DNA from: Candidatus Altimarinota bacterium
Lineage (GTDB): Bacteria > Patescibacteriota > Gracilibacteria > CAIRYL01
Length of the DNA stretch: 64,000 nt
Direction: 5' to 3'
Assembly (NCBI GenBank): GCA_965250085.1
Contig: OZ252287.1
Span: 896,001-960,000 of the forward strand
The notes beneath the pieces were generated by a model. It had not been told where the DNA came from. It did not search any database and saw nothing but the letters and a program-made list of their open reading frames with translations. This document shows, piece by piece, positions 20,401 through 29,011 of this stretch. Within the stretch, counting starts at the first letter, position 1. Each line of letters starts with the position of its first letter. The position numbers and the translations under genes are program-made.

Positions 20401-20694
20401 CGTGAAGCCGGAGTAAAAGCCATAAAAATAATTTCGTCAGGCAAAAAAGATCAAGAAGTACAGTTGCACCTCTCTAAAAAAGTGACAGCAGCAGAAATCA
20501 TGAATCTGCTGAAATATCAGTCATATTGGATGATTTCTGGAGAAATGGTAAAAACAGACATTCGAAAACTAGGGTTTCACTGGACAGAGAAAATTAAAGA
20601 AGCTCTGGGAACGTTGAAAAAACAAAAAATTCAAAAACGAAAAAAACAGCAACGAGCGGGAGCGAAGCAGAAAAATAAAAAGAAAAAGAAATAA
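17416..20694 (+). CDS. mfd: Transcription-repair coupling factor
   Basis: VVHLDHGIGRF, DRLLCGDVGFGKTEVA, IDEEQRFG, SATPIPRT, QLRGRIGR, DLEIRGAGD. Confidence 0.97.
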   Translation: MNIWEQEKKGALLPDFFEKQKEIFLCMQKWEERKKLTVSGLPNISAKLFFLRKFFQEGKKEKNILFVFPNRNEVHEAILVAPLFFSGETHMFHLFSEEVEKREREKIEWTLLLLKQKKEDKKHIFFCTSEQALEAFPHKKDLQDQKTILTKKQKISPLQLFNELTDRGYTLTNDLFLQKGEYRRSGNIIDVFPIGRKKPIKIEIAYDTVESITEFSLETKKIGEDVQKINLYPCSASEREGSLGDLLTPEDIQIWNELEEITETSSKKLKKIPAKILKISSFPENEETSVHLRFLSVLKFYNLPDLLLDFREKEQTNWKTLVLTKRKDELKNILTEKKISFSENTKNAGILLLDTGELEAVPPSFQNPEEKMSLLTDREIFHLSTKKKKSISSAAANIEFLTSLKVGDLVVHLDHGIGRFLGIGEQEIDGHIREYLEISYLHEDKLFVPVDQADKISRFITEESREPKLTRLGGVEWKNIQKKVKRETEKIAKELLDMYAKRAQVKGLQFGPDTERQEQFEKNFPYEETPGQITAIRDTKTDLESTKPMDRLLCGDVGFGKTEVAMRAAFKVADNQKQVALIAPITILVQQHYETFQKRMNEFGVTVEMLSRFRTPAQQKKILQKLKKGTIDIIIGTHRLLSDDVEFYDLGLVIIDEEQRFGVKQKEKFKDLRSEVSILTLSATPIPRTLNLALHKLRDITTITTPPPGRLPIITEVRKYSDHLIREAILKEKKRRGQIYFLHNRVETIESMAEKLRLLVPEATFAVGHGQMKAEILEDRILSFKEKKYDVLVSSTIIENGIDLANANTLIVNNAENFGLAQLYQLRGRIGRSPKQAYAYLLHSSQKLSLNAKKRLKALIEASELGSGFQLSMRDLEIRGAGDVLGVSQHGTVNVVGVSHFLRLLNKTIKQMQEGKMTEKDEEVTEVLIEIPLDAYIPGTYIANTKEKILMYQKLAAVQNHEKLHELVQEMAEEYGRMPVQVKSLFEVLDLKISAREAGVKAIKIISSGKKDQEVQLHLSKKVTAAEIMNLLKYQSYWMISGEMVKTDIRKLGFHWTEKIKEALGTLKKQKIQKRKKQQRAGAKQKNKKKKK

Positions 20695-20750
20695 TTCGCA
20701 AATTTTCTTAAAATTCGTCACAATATGTTTATAGAACTCGGAAGTCACAT

Positions 20751-21413
20751 ATGATTCAATTTTCAGAAGTAACCAAAAGCTTTGGACTTCAAACTGTTTT
20801 AAATAACCTTTCGTATCGTCTTAAACAAGGCGAATGTTTGGTAATTACAGGATCCTCTGGAGTCGGAAAAACGACACTCATCAGTCTTCTTATTGGAGCA
20901 GAAAAACCAGACGGTGGACAGATTCTTATTGACAACATTCGAGTGGAAGATCTGTCAGATAGTGAAATGCAAATGTACCGACGTCGCATAGGAGTCGTTT
21001 TCCAAGACTTCAAACTCCTCAAGAAAAAAACCGTATTTGAAAACACAGCATTTGCCCTTGAGGCTTGCGAGATAGAGGAGGAATCCATAGAGCGCAAGGT
21101 AGGAGAAATATTGCAGAGAGTAGGTCTTTCGGCAATGGCACACAAATTCCCCCATCAGCTTTCCGGAGGAGAGAGGCAAAGAACAGCAATCGCCAGAGCA
21201 CTTGTCCATAGCCCAAAACTACTGGTGGCAGATGAGCCTACTGGAAATTTGGACCCAGAAAACACAAGAGAAATAGCACGGTTGCTCAAAAAACTTCATC
21301 AAGAAGACGGACTCACCTTGCTGATAACCACTCATGACCCCATATTTCTTGAAGAGATAGCGCCGTGTAGAGTCGTGCAACTCGAGCAAGGGATTTTTCA
21401 TAAAAAATCATGA
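20751..21413 (+). CDS. ftsE: FtsE-like ABC ATPase
   Basis: GSSGVGKT, RRRIGVVFQDFKLL, LSGGERQR, VADEPTGNLD; no adjacent ftsX. Confidence 0.75.
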   Translation: MIQFSEVTKSFGLQTVLNNLSYRLKQGECLVITGSSGVGKTTLISLLIGAEKPDGGQILIDNIRVEDLSDSEMQMYRRRIGVVFQDFKLLKKKTVFENTAFALEACEIEEESIERKVGEILQRVGLSAMAHKFPHQLSGGERQRTAIARALVHSPKLLVADEPTGNLDPENTREIARLLKKLHQEDGLTLLITTHDPIFLEEIAPCRVVQLEQGIFHKKS

Positions 21414-22474
21414 CGACATACAAAGACTCTGGAGTCGACATTTCAGCAGGAGACAAAGCATCAGAAGTAGCGTATGAGGCGGCGCTCAAAACATTTCCTT
21501 CTCGCAGAGGAATGATTGGAGAGCCCATACAACTCAAAGGCAGCTTCGCAGGAGCACTCGACTTCGGGGACTATTATCTGGTGCTGGGCTCTGATGGAGT
21601 AGGAACCAAGATAGAAATTGCACTCAAAACAGATAATTTTGAAGGACTCGGATACGATCTTCTGGCAATGGTAGCAGATGATGCCATATGCGTCGGAGCA
21701 GAAACAATCGCGATTACCAACACTGTTGATACGAACAAAGTAAACGCCAAGATGATTTCTGTAATGATGGAATCACTGCAGCGCGCATGCACAGAGCAAA
21801 AAGTTGTTATTCCTGGAGGGGAGATCGCGGAGTTGGGCGATTCCATCGGCTCAACCACGTGGAATGCGAGTGGCACTGGCATTGTGGAAAAAGACAAATA
21901 TATTACCGGAGAAAAAATTCAAATTGGAGATACTGTTCTCTCTCTCAAAGAAACAGGATTTCGTTCCAACGGGTTTTCTCTTATCAGACATATTTGTCAG
22001 CAACAAAGCATTTCTTATGCAGATGAATTTGAGAATGGGAAAAGCTGGGGAGAAACGCTTTTAACGCCCGCAAAAATATATAATGATTCCATCTTGTCAC
22101 TTACTGGGCGATTCGGGCAAACGGCGCAAATAAGTATCCATGGCATTGCGCATATTACCGGCGGGGGAATTGCCGGAAATCTGAAACGTATTCTGAGAAA
22201 AAAAAATCTGGGCGCACATCTTCCCGACATTTGGGAACCGCCAGAGATGATGCTGCAGTTGCAAAAAAAAGGAAGAGTGGAAGACAGGGAGGCATATGCG
22301 ACCTGGAACATGGGAAATGGAATGCTTCTGGTCGTTTCCCCTCAAGACGCAGACAAGACAGTTGAATTTCTCGGCAAAGAAGGAGTCAAAGCACAAAAAG
22401 CAGGCGAGATCACCGAGAGCGGAGAGATCACACACCAAAATTTTGGAGCCTTCCAGAAGGAAGAATTCTTATAA
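21410..22474 (+). CDS. purM: Phosphoribosylformylglycinamidine cyclo-ligase
   Basis: TYKDSGVDI, SDGVGTK, GGEIAE, GFRSNGFSL, AHITGGG, WNMGNG. Confidence 0.95.
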   Translation: MTTYKDSGVDISAGDKASEVAYEAALKTFPSRRGMIGEPIQLKGSFAGALDFGDYYLVLGSDGVGTKIEIALKTDNFEGLGYDLLAMVADDAICVGAETIAITNTVDTNKVNAKMISVMMESLQRACTEQKVVIPGGEIAELGDSIGSTTWNASGTGIVEKDKYITGEKIQIGDTVLSLKETGFRSNGFSLIRHICQQQSISYADEFENGKSWGETLLTPAKIYNDSILSLTGRFGQTAQISIHGIAHITGGGIAGNLKRILRKKNLGAHLPDIWEPPEMMLQLQKKGRVEDREAYATWNMGNGMLLVVSPQDADKTVEFLGKEGVKAQKAGEITESGEITHQNFGAFQKEEFL

Positions 22475-23842
22475 AGACGACTTTACCCATATTGTTTTTA
22501 TATTCACGAACTCTTTCAGTCCATAGTGTGAAAGTTCGCGTCCATACCCAGAAATTCCGACGCCACCAAATGGAAGCCGGGGATCTGATTTTACAAATCC
22601 ATTAAAAAAGACGCAGCTCGTATCGAGCTCAGAAATATATTTTTTTGCCATCGCAACATTTTGTGTGAACACTGAGGCACCAAGTCCGAATCGAGTGTCA
22701 TTTGCAACCTCGACCGCTTCATGAGCGGTTTTTACGACAATTACTGCCGCTATTGGCCCAAAGGTTTCCTCCTCATATACCGGCATTCCCTTCTTCACGT
22801 TTGTAAGAATTGTCGGCTGGTAAAAGTGTCCCACTGATCCCTCTTTCTTTCCGCCAGACAGGAGCACGGCTCCCATCTCAATTGATTCTTGAACTTGCCG
22901 CATCACCTCTTCCAGACCACTTTTTCCAGACATGGGACCAATTTCGGTTTTTTCGTCTAACGGATCTCCGAGAATCATTTTTTCTGTCGCTTCTTTGAAT
23001 CGATGCAAAAATTCTTCAGCCCTTTTTTCCACGACGACAAAGCGCTTGGCAGCAATACAGCTCTGTCCGCAATTTTGAAAACGTCCAAATGTAGCCTGAT
23101 CAATAACCAGGTCCATATCCGCATCCTCCAATATGAGAAACGGATTGCTTCCTCCCAGTTCGAGTACGGTTTTTTTGATCTGCTCTCCGCATTGCATCGC
23201 CACCTGACTTCCAGCACGCTCACTCCCCGTAAGCGTTGCTGCTTTGACGCGCGGATCTCCGATGACCCCCTTTACTTCTCGAGAACTGATCAGAAGGCTT
23301 TGAAAGACACCCTCAGGAAATCCAGCATCCAGAAAAAGTTTTTCGAGTGCCAAACTGCACTGTGGAACATTGGAAGCATGTTTGAGAAGTCCCACATTCC
23401 CCGCCATCGCCGCCGGAACAATAAAGCGAATCACCTGCCAAAAGGGAAAATTCCATGGCATTACGGCCAGCACAATTCCGAGAGGCTCAAAAGTGATATA
23501 GCTTTCACTGGCGTCAGTTGCCACCACTTCTTTTTCTAAAAAAGATTCCGCATTTTCTGCATAAAATTCTGAACACCACGCACATTTTTCTATTTCTGCA
23601 ACGCCCTGCGCGAGAGGCTTCCCCATCTCCAGCGCCATAAGCTTTGCCAACTCCTCCTTTTGCTCCCGCAGTACTTCGGCAAGGCGCATCATCAGTTGTT
23701 GCCTCTCAGCAAAGGAGGTTTTTTTCCACGCTTCAAATGTCTTTTGCCCGAGGTCAATTTTCGATGCTATTTCTATATCAGAAAGCTCCTCAAAGGTCTT
23801 GAGAACCTCTTCTGTAGCAGGATTGAGTGATTGAATAGGCAT
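22469..23842 (-). CDS. NAD(P)-dependent succinate-semialdehyde-type aldehyde dehydrogenase
   Basis: MPWNFP, KHAS, LTGSE, LELGGS, catalytic GQSCIA, EETFGP, PFGG. Confidence 0.92.
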   Translation of the reverse strand: MPIQSLNPATEEVLKTFEELSDIEIASKIDLGQKTFEAWKKTSFAERQQLMMRLAEVLREQKEELAKLMALEMGKPLAQGVAEIEKCAWCSEFYAENAESFLEKEVVATDASESYITFEPLGIVLAVMPWNFPFWQVIRFIVPAAMAGNVGLLKHASNVPQCSLALEKLFLDAGFPEGVFQSLLISSREVKGVIGDPRVKAATLTGSERAGSQVAMQCGEQIKKTVLELGGSNPFLILEDADMDLVIDQATFGRFQNCGQSCIAAKRFVVVEKRAEEFLHRFKEATEKMILGDPLDEKTEIGPMSGKSGLEEVMRQVQESIEMGAVLLSGGKKEGSVGHFYQPTILTNVKKGMPVYEEETFGPIAAVIVVKTAHEAVEVANDTRFGLGASVFTQNVAMAKKYISELDTSCVFFNGFVKSDPRLPFGGVGISGYGRELSHYGLKEFVNIKTIWVKSSL

Positions 23843-23852
23843 GGAGAACAGA

Positions 23853-25496
23853 TTATAAATTTTTTGTAATCCGCGGGAGTTCTTCATGAAAGACGCGATG
23901 GTTCTCAGAATAATCAATTGGTATTTCGACCAGATGGACCCCTTTGGATTTTAGACATTTTTTGAGAATCGGCACAAAATCTTCTGTTTTTTTTATACGA
24001 TGTCCTTTTGCACCGTAGCTCTGGGCATATGCCACAAAATCAGGATTGCCATAATCAAGCCCAAAATCAGCAAATTTCATTCCCTCCTGTTTCCATTTGA
24101 TCATGCCATACGCGTCATCTCTGAGCACCAATATCACCAGATCAAGCTCAAGACGGACAGCTGTTTCTACTTCCTGAGAATTCATCAAAAATCCTCCGTC
24201 GCCACAAATAGCCATGACCTTTCGCTCTGGGTGCACCATCTTTGCCGCCATGGCCGAAGGAAGCCCCGCTCCCATAGTCGCCAGAGCGTTATCGACAAGA
24301 AGAGTATTGTATTCATGAGCCACATACTGGCGAGCAAACCAGAGCTTATACATCCCATTATCCAGACAAATAATCCCGTCTCGTGGCACGGCTTCCCGCA
24401 CATCATGCACAATACGCTGTGGAAGAAGAGGAAATTTTTTGGCGGTTTCTTTTTCTGAAATATGCATCCTGAGGACCCCCTGGACCTCTTGGAAACGAGC
24501 AAAATCCCAATGGGTTTGCATTGTTATTTGTTCGGACAAATATGTAAGAGTTCGGGAGATATCACCAACCACCTCGATATCGGGAAAATAGATTTCATCC
24601 ACTTCCGCGGAGCAAAAATTGATATGCAACACCTTGCGAGTGTCATCATGATGCATAAAAAATGGAGGCTTTTCGATCACGTCATGTCCCACGTTAATCA
24701 CCAAATCCGCACATTCAATTGCCCGATGGACAAAATCTCCGTCCGAAAGCGCTGCAGTGCCAATATACTGATCGTGCAGAGAGCCGACCATCCCCTTTCC
24801 CATCTGTGTATTGCAAAAGGGAATACCGGTTTTCTGGAGAAAATTCTCAAGAGCATTGGCGTTTCGTTTGCGATTGGCTCCAGCACCAACCACCACAAGA
24901 GGTTTTTTGGCCGATTCAATAGCATCAACCGCCCATTCTATTGCTCGAGGATCTGGAGCCGGTCTTCGTACTTTGGTTCTCGCAAAAACTTCAGCATCGG
25001 TTTCTTCTGCGGCAATATCTTCGGGGAGTTCCAAATGGACGGCCCCGGGACGCTCTTCCTCAGCGCGCTTTACTGACTCACGAAGAAGTGCGGGGATGGT
25101 GTTGCCATGAGTGATTTGTTTTGTGAACTTCGTAATTGGCTTCATCATCTCTACCACATCAATGATCTGAAATCGCCCTTGTTTGCTCTTTTTGATGGGC
25201 TTTTGACCGGTAATTACCAAAAGAGGCATGGCGCCCAGTTGCGCATACGCGACACCGGTCACCAAATTGGTGGCTCCAGGGCCAAGAGTGGAAAGCGCTA
25301 CACCCACGCGACCCGTCAGGCGCCCATATGTTGCCGCCATAAAAGCCGCCGCTTGTTCATGGCGCGTTACGATGAGTTGAATTTTTGAAGTCCTCAGTGA
25401 CTCCAAAAGATCCAGATTTTCCTCACCTGGAATTCCAAAAATATATTGTACCCCTTCATTTTCCAGACACTTCACAAACAGATCAGAAGCTTTCAT
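23853..25496 (-). CDS. Acetolactate synthase large subunit-like ThDP enzyme
   Basis: IFGIPGEE, RHEQAAAFMA, TLGPGATN, GDGGFLMN ThDP motif. Confidence 0.92.
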   Translation of the reverse strand: MKASDLFVKCLENEGVQYIFGIPGEENLDLLESLRTSKIQLIVTRHEQAAAFMAATYGRLTGRVGVALSTLGPGATNLVTGVAYAQLGAMPLLVITGQKPIKKSKQGRFQIIDVVEMMKPITKFTKQITHGNTIPALLRESVKRAEEERPGAVHLELPEDIAAEETDAEVFARTKVRRPAPDPRAIEWAVDAIESAKKPLVVVGAGANRKRNANALENFLQKTGIPFCNTQMGKGMVGSLHDQYIGTAALSDGDFVHRAIECADLVINVGHDVIEKPPFFMHHDDTRKVLHINFCSAEVDEIYFPDIEVVGDISRTLTYLSEQITMQTHWDFARFQEVQGVLRMHISEKETAKKFPLLPQRIVHDVREAVPRDGIICLDNGMYKLWFARQYVAHEYNTLLVDNALATMGAGLPSAMAAKMVHPERKVMAICGDGGFLMNSQEVETAVRLELDLVILVLRDDAYGMIKWKQEGMKFADFGLDYGNPDFVAYAQSYGAKGHRIKKTEDFVPILKKCLKSKGVHLVEIPIDYSENHRVFHEELPRITKNL

Positions 25497-25644
25497 GAGG
25501 ACAAGATAAAAATTTATGAAGTTCGTACGGTTACTCAAATCTCAGTTGGAACCATTTTTGTCCATAAAGATTATAGACCCTTCTTTTTTTCTTCTAAATA
25601 CAAAAGGAGAGAAAATGGAGAAAAAGGACACAAAAAATAATAAA

Positions 25645-25710
25645 CCCACCCTTTTCAAAGGAGGAGCATCTTTTCTTTCCCCCTTGAAAAGGGGGATGAA
25701 GGGGGTTTAA
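25645..25710. repeat. REP-like palindromic element (CCCCCTT..AAGGGGG family)
   Basis: TCCCCCTTGAAAAGGGGGA hairpin plus a degenerate partner in an intergenic region; related element inside the RHS gene at 37675. Confidence 0.6.
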
Positions 25711-25764
25711 TTAATAAATTATTAACTCTTTTCCCATTTCAGGAGCCGGCTTATAATTATTCGG

Positions 25765-26844
25765 ATGAATGCAGACACAAAACTTTTTTGGGCACAACTG
25801 GATTTTCTCACCATGCGCCGTCTTAAAATTTTAAGGCGATATTTCGGGGATTTGGAAACAGCAAAAGAGCATTTTTCTGAAGCAGAATTTCTCAAGGCCG
25901 GCATACCACGGCGCAGTGTGACGGCTCTTATAAAAAAACAAAGGGAGATGAATTTCAGAAAAATTCAGAAAAAATTTGAAGAATCGGAAGCGACGCTGCT
26001 TTTTTTGGAAGATGGGGACTTTCCCGAGTCGCTCAAAAATATTTCTGACTCGCCTATCTTTCTCTTTATCCAAGGCGAGATACTTCCAGAAGATCTTTTG
26101 TCGCTCTCGGTCGTCGGAACCAGAAGATGTTCTGCTCATGGCAAGCAGTGTGTGCACCATGTGCTCCCCGACATCATTCATGCGGGATTCACCATTGTCT
26201 CTGGCATGGCACGCGGCATTGACTCTCTGGCGCACCAGGAAGCCCTCGCTCGAGGCGGACGCACTATTGCTGTCTGGGGCACGGGAATAGACAGAGTGTA
26301 TCCAGAAGAGAACAAGGCTCTGGCACACAAGATCAGAGAGCAAGGCGCCATTATTTCTGAATTTCCCCTCGGCACGGAGCCCAACAATTACAATTTCCCC
26401 CGCCGGAACCGCCTGATTTCCGGGCTTTCACTCGGGACACTCGTGATAGAAGGCAAAGACAAGTCCGGCTCTCTCATCACTGCGCACCTTGCTCTCGAAC
26501 AGGGGAAAGAGGTGTTTGCCGTCCCCGGATCCCCCTTTCTCCCTCTTTCAGAAGCGACGAATCGTTTGATCAAAAAAGGCGAAGCAAAGCTTGTGCAAAC
26601 CAGCGATGATATTCTGGAAGAATTTGAATTTGTGCACGAAGTGGAGAAAAAACCGCTTCTCAAGCCCGAGAACAAACTGGAAGAGATTATTTGTGGAATT
26701 CTCACCAAAGAACCTCTTGCCTTTGACGAACTGGTGATACAAGCCTCAAAGCCGAGCCATGAGCTCAGCAGTGCCCTCACCGTAATGGCGATGAAAGGTA
26801 TGGTGCGAGACTTGGGAATGAATCAATGGGCGAAGAGTTTTTGA
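25765..26844 (+). CDS. dprA: DNA processing protein DprA
   Basis: SVVGTR, IVSGMARGID, NFPRRNRLISGLS, SGSLITA, VFAVPG, C-terminal winged helix. Confidence 0.97.
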   Translation: MNADTKLFWAQLDFLTMRRLKILRRYFGDLETAKEHFSEAEFLKAGIPRRSVTALIKKQREMNFRKIQKKFEESEATLLFLEDGDFPESLKNISDSPIFLFIQGEILPEDLLSLSVVGTRRCSAHGKQCVHHVLPDIIHAGFTIVSGMARGIDSLAHQEALARGGRTIAVWGTGIDRVYPEENKALAHKIREQGAIISEFPLGTEPNNYNFPRRNRLISGLSLGTLVIEGKDKSGSLITAHLALEQGKEVFAVPGSPFLPLSEATNRLIKKGEAKLVQTSDDILEEFEFVHEVEKKPLLKPENKLEEIICGILTKEPLAFDELVIQASKPSHELSSALTVMAMKGMVRDLGMNQWAKSF

Positions 26845-26859
26845 TCCATAGTTTTCTCC

Positions 26860-26911
26860 CTAAGCGGGAGCAGGTGTCATTCGCTTCGCTCAGAACACTT
26901 GCTCCCGCGTG
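26860..26911. repeat. Empty RAYT-element doublet (right end joined to left end), REP hairpin
   Basis: CTAAGCGGGAGCAGGTGT-CATTCGCTTCGCTCAGA-ACACTTGCTCCCGCGTG; 14-bp stem with one mismatch. Confidence 0.9.
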
Positions 26912-26914
26912 AAG

Positions 26915-27074
26915 AACTTATAGTCATTTTCATAAGAAGAAGACTGTTCATCGAGTCTTACATCCCCATACGGGTAGTAATCTAACAGCTGAATGATATT
27001 CCCTGCATCATCCGTATCCACATTACTGCCCGTCACAGATGATCTGCATAATGATAGATGATAGAGGGAGTGCC
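26915..27074 (-). pseudogene. Isolated RHS-core fragment
   Basis: Near copy of 30951-31108 (GTPSIIYHYADHL...ENDYKF) with a 2-nt insertion; bounded by RAYT ends on both sides. Confidence 0.9.
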
Positions 27075-27364
27075 CTAAGCGGGAGCAGGTGTGCCTTGTG
27101 CCACCTGGTCCTGATATTCTAAAAGGGTCAGCAATTGCAAGAGGACCATGGGGACAAGCAGATGAATGTAGCCAGTACTCTGGCCTAGCCACATATATAG
27201 CCAATCTTTGATGGTACAGGTTACAAAATACAGAGAGCTGTTCATGTCTTTATCAATGCGTATAGAAGGCATAGGTTGTGAACAAAGTAGAGTTAAAAGA
27301 TTGTGAGTGAAGGATGATGGAACCAGGTGTCATTCGCTTCGCTCAGAACACCTGCTCCCGCGTG
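27075..27364 (-). mobile_element. Internally deleted non-autonomous RAYT element (290 bp)
   Basis: Both ends present; RAYT 5' part (MPSIRIDK...KDWLY) joined to the 3' part (YVARPEYW...) at ATAT microhomology. Confidence 0.9.
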
Positions 27365-27390
27365 ATACAAAGTGAATGTTGGTGCACGCG

Positions 27391-27771
27391 TTATCGGGGA
27401 AAAACCATAAAAGATTCTATACTCATTTCTGTCGGTGAGAAAAATCTATTAATCCCAAACCAGAAAGAAATAGCTACAAAAAATACATACGCCAACATCC
27501 TTCCAACTATATGAAAGTCTGAATACTTTTTCATTTTATCCAGATTATAATACATACTAGCAACTCCTATTCCAAGAAAAAGAGAGATAATATATATTAC
27601 CCAAAGCGTAGCTATTCTTCCATTATAGTCGATATTCTCGAAGAATGTGTTAATAATGAAGAAAACAGATGTCAATAAAAATATGAAATTACACCCAAAA
27701 TAAACTAATAGCCACATTAAGTACCTTAATGACAAGGTCAATTCTCTCTTTAATAAAACTATATTTTTCAT
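27391..27771 (-). CDS. Putative immunity protein E (3 TM)
   Basis: AT-rich membrane-protein ORF immediately downstream of the RHS-LysM cassette. Confidence 0.7.
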   Translation of the reverse strand: MKNIVLLKRELTLSLRYLMWLLVYFGCNFIFLLTSVFFIINTFFENIDYNGRIATLWVIYIISLFLGIGVASMYYNLDKMKKYSDFHIVGRMLAYVFFVAISFWFGINRFFSPTEMSIESFMVFPR

Positions 27772-27798
27772 AAAAAAACTAAAAAGAACAAAAAGGGT

Positions 27799-28974
27799 TT
27801 AATCATTTTTGTCATCCTTGTCACTACCCTCTTTCAGGCTCTCAGGAACCCTAATTTTTTGACCGGGATTGATCAGACTTGGGTTATCTAAATTATTGTA
27901 CTCAGCAACCTGATTCCAATCGCTTCCAAAAATACCTGATAATGTATCTCCTTTCTGAACAGTGTAAAATTCAGATTCAGGGAGCTGTGGACCATAAACA
28001 GGTGGCTGAATCGGACCGATAAATACTGAATTTTGATAATTATTTTGCGTAATGTTTAAAGATTGTTCAGGAGATTCATTGAGTTGTTGCTTAATTTCTG
28101 CCAAAGTTTCCCCATTAGGGATAACAGAAGTTGTCATAAACAGAGGCACGGGATCTTCATCTTTACCTGAAAATCCTTTTGCTATGTTTATTAATCCAAC
28201 GCTTCCAACGTGAACTCCCTCATACATTGCACCTACTCCTGCATATGCTGCAATCCCTGAAGATCCATAAGTTAAAGATGCTCCTCCCACCACACCAAGC
28301 CCGCCAATGCCTAATTCTACTGTACCTTCCCCTACTGTTCTCCAATTCACATCCCAACTTGCGGGGTTGTACCATTCTTCCCCACTCGGATCCACATACT
28401 TGAGCGGATTATTCCTCACATATGCATATTTATTGAGTGATTGCGGATCAGAAATATCTCCAAACCAGGGATCAAGGGAAATAAACCTCCCAATCCCACT
28501 ATCATAATACCTCGCCTCATAGTAGTAGAGCCCCGTATCCTCATCCTTCTCTTTGCCCGTAAACTTATAGTCATTTTCATACGAAGAAGACTGTTCATCC
28601 AGCCTCACATCCCCATACGGATAATAATCCAGTAGCTGAAGAACATTCCCCATATCATCTGTATCCACATTGCTTCCGGTGAGATGATCTGTATGGTGAT
28701 ACACCACATCACTCTCATATGAAGGGACACTCACCTCTCCACACCACCAATTCGCCTCCTCAACCACTGGCCAAGCGACCTGTTCACCCGTACTTAAATT
28801 CACCACACACATCTCACCAAAGGTCTCGAGGTAATGTGCTTCCGTAACAGTTCCAGAAAGAGAAGTTTCATTCTCCCAGAGGGGTGATGTGTCTCCAGCA
28901 CAACCTGACAAATCAACTGTGCAAGTACTCCCACTGCCACTGACCAGACCATCAGAAGAGGCGGCTACTTTCAT
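27799..28974 (-). CDS. Orphan RHS cassette E: Cys-rich insert, RHS core, Gly-rich tip with LysM
   Basis: YHHTDHLTGS, FTGKEKDEDTGLYYYEARYYD, NPLKYVDPSG cleavage motif; YTVQKGDTLSGI...INPGQKIRVP LysM. Confidence 0.9.
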   Translation of the reverse strand: MKVAASSDGLVSGSGSTCTVDLSGCAGDTSPLWENETSLSGTVTEAHYLETFGEMCVVNLSTGEQVAWPVVEEANWWCGEVSVPSYESDVVYHHTDHLTGSNVDTDDMGNVLQLLDYYPYGDVRLDEQSSSYENDYKFTGKEKDEDTGLYYYEARYYDSGIGRFISLDPWFGDISDPQSLNKYAYVRNNPLKYVDPSGEEWYNPASWDVNWRTVGEGTVELGIGGLGVVGGASLTYGSSGIAAYAGVGAMYEGVHVGSVGLINIAKGFSGKDEDPVPLFMTTSVIPNGETLAEIKQQLNESPEQSLNITQNNYQNSVFIGPIQPPVYGPQLPESEFYTVQKGDTLSGIFGSDWNQVAEYNNLDNPSLINPGQKIRVPESLKEGSDKDDKND

Positions 28975-29011
28975 GTTTTTTTAAAGAGAAAAATTTGATT
29001 TACCGCACGCG

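Noticed and set aside
26890-27272. ORFs 26890-27204 and 27075-27272 as real genes
   Set aside because: Read-through chimeras of deleted RAYT and frameshifted RHS fragments
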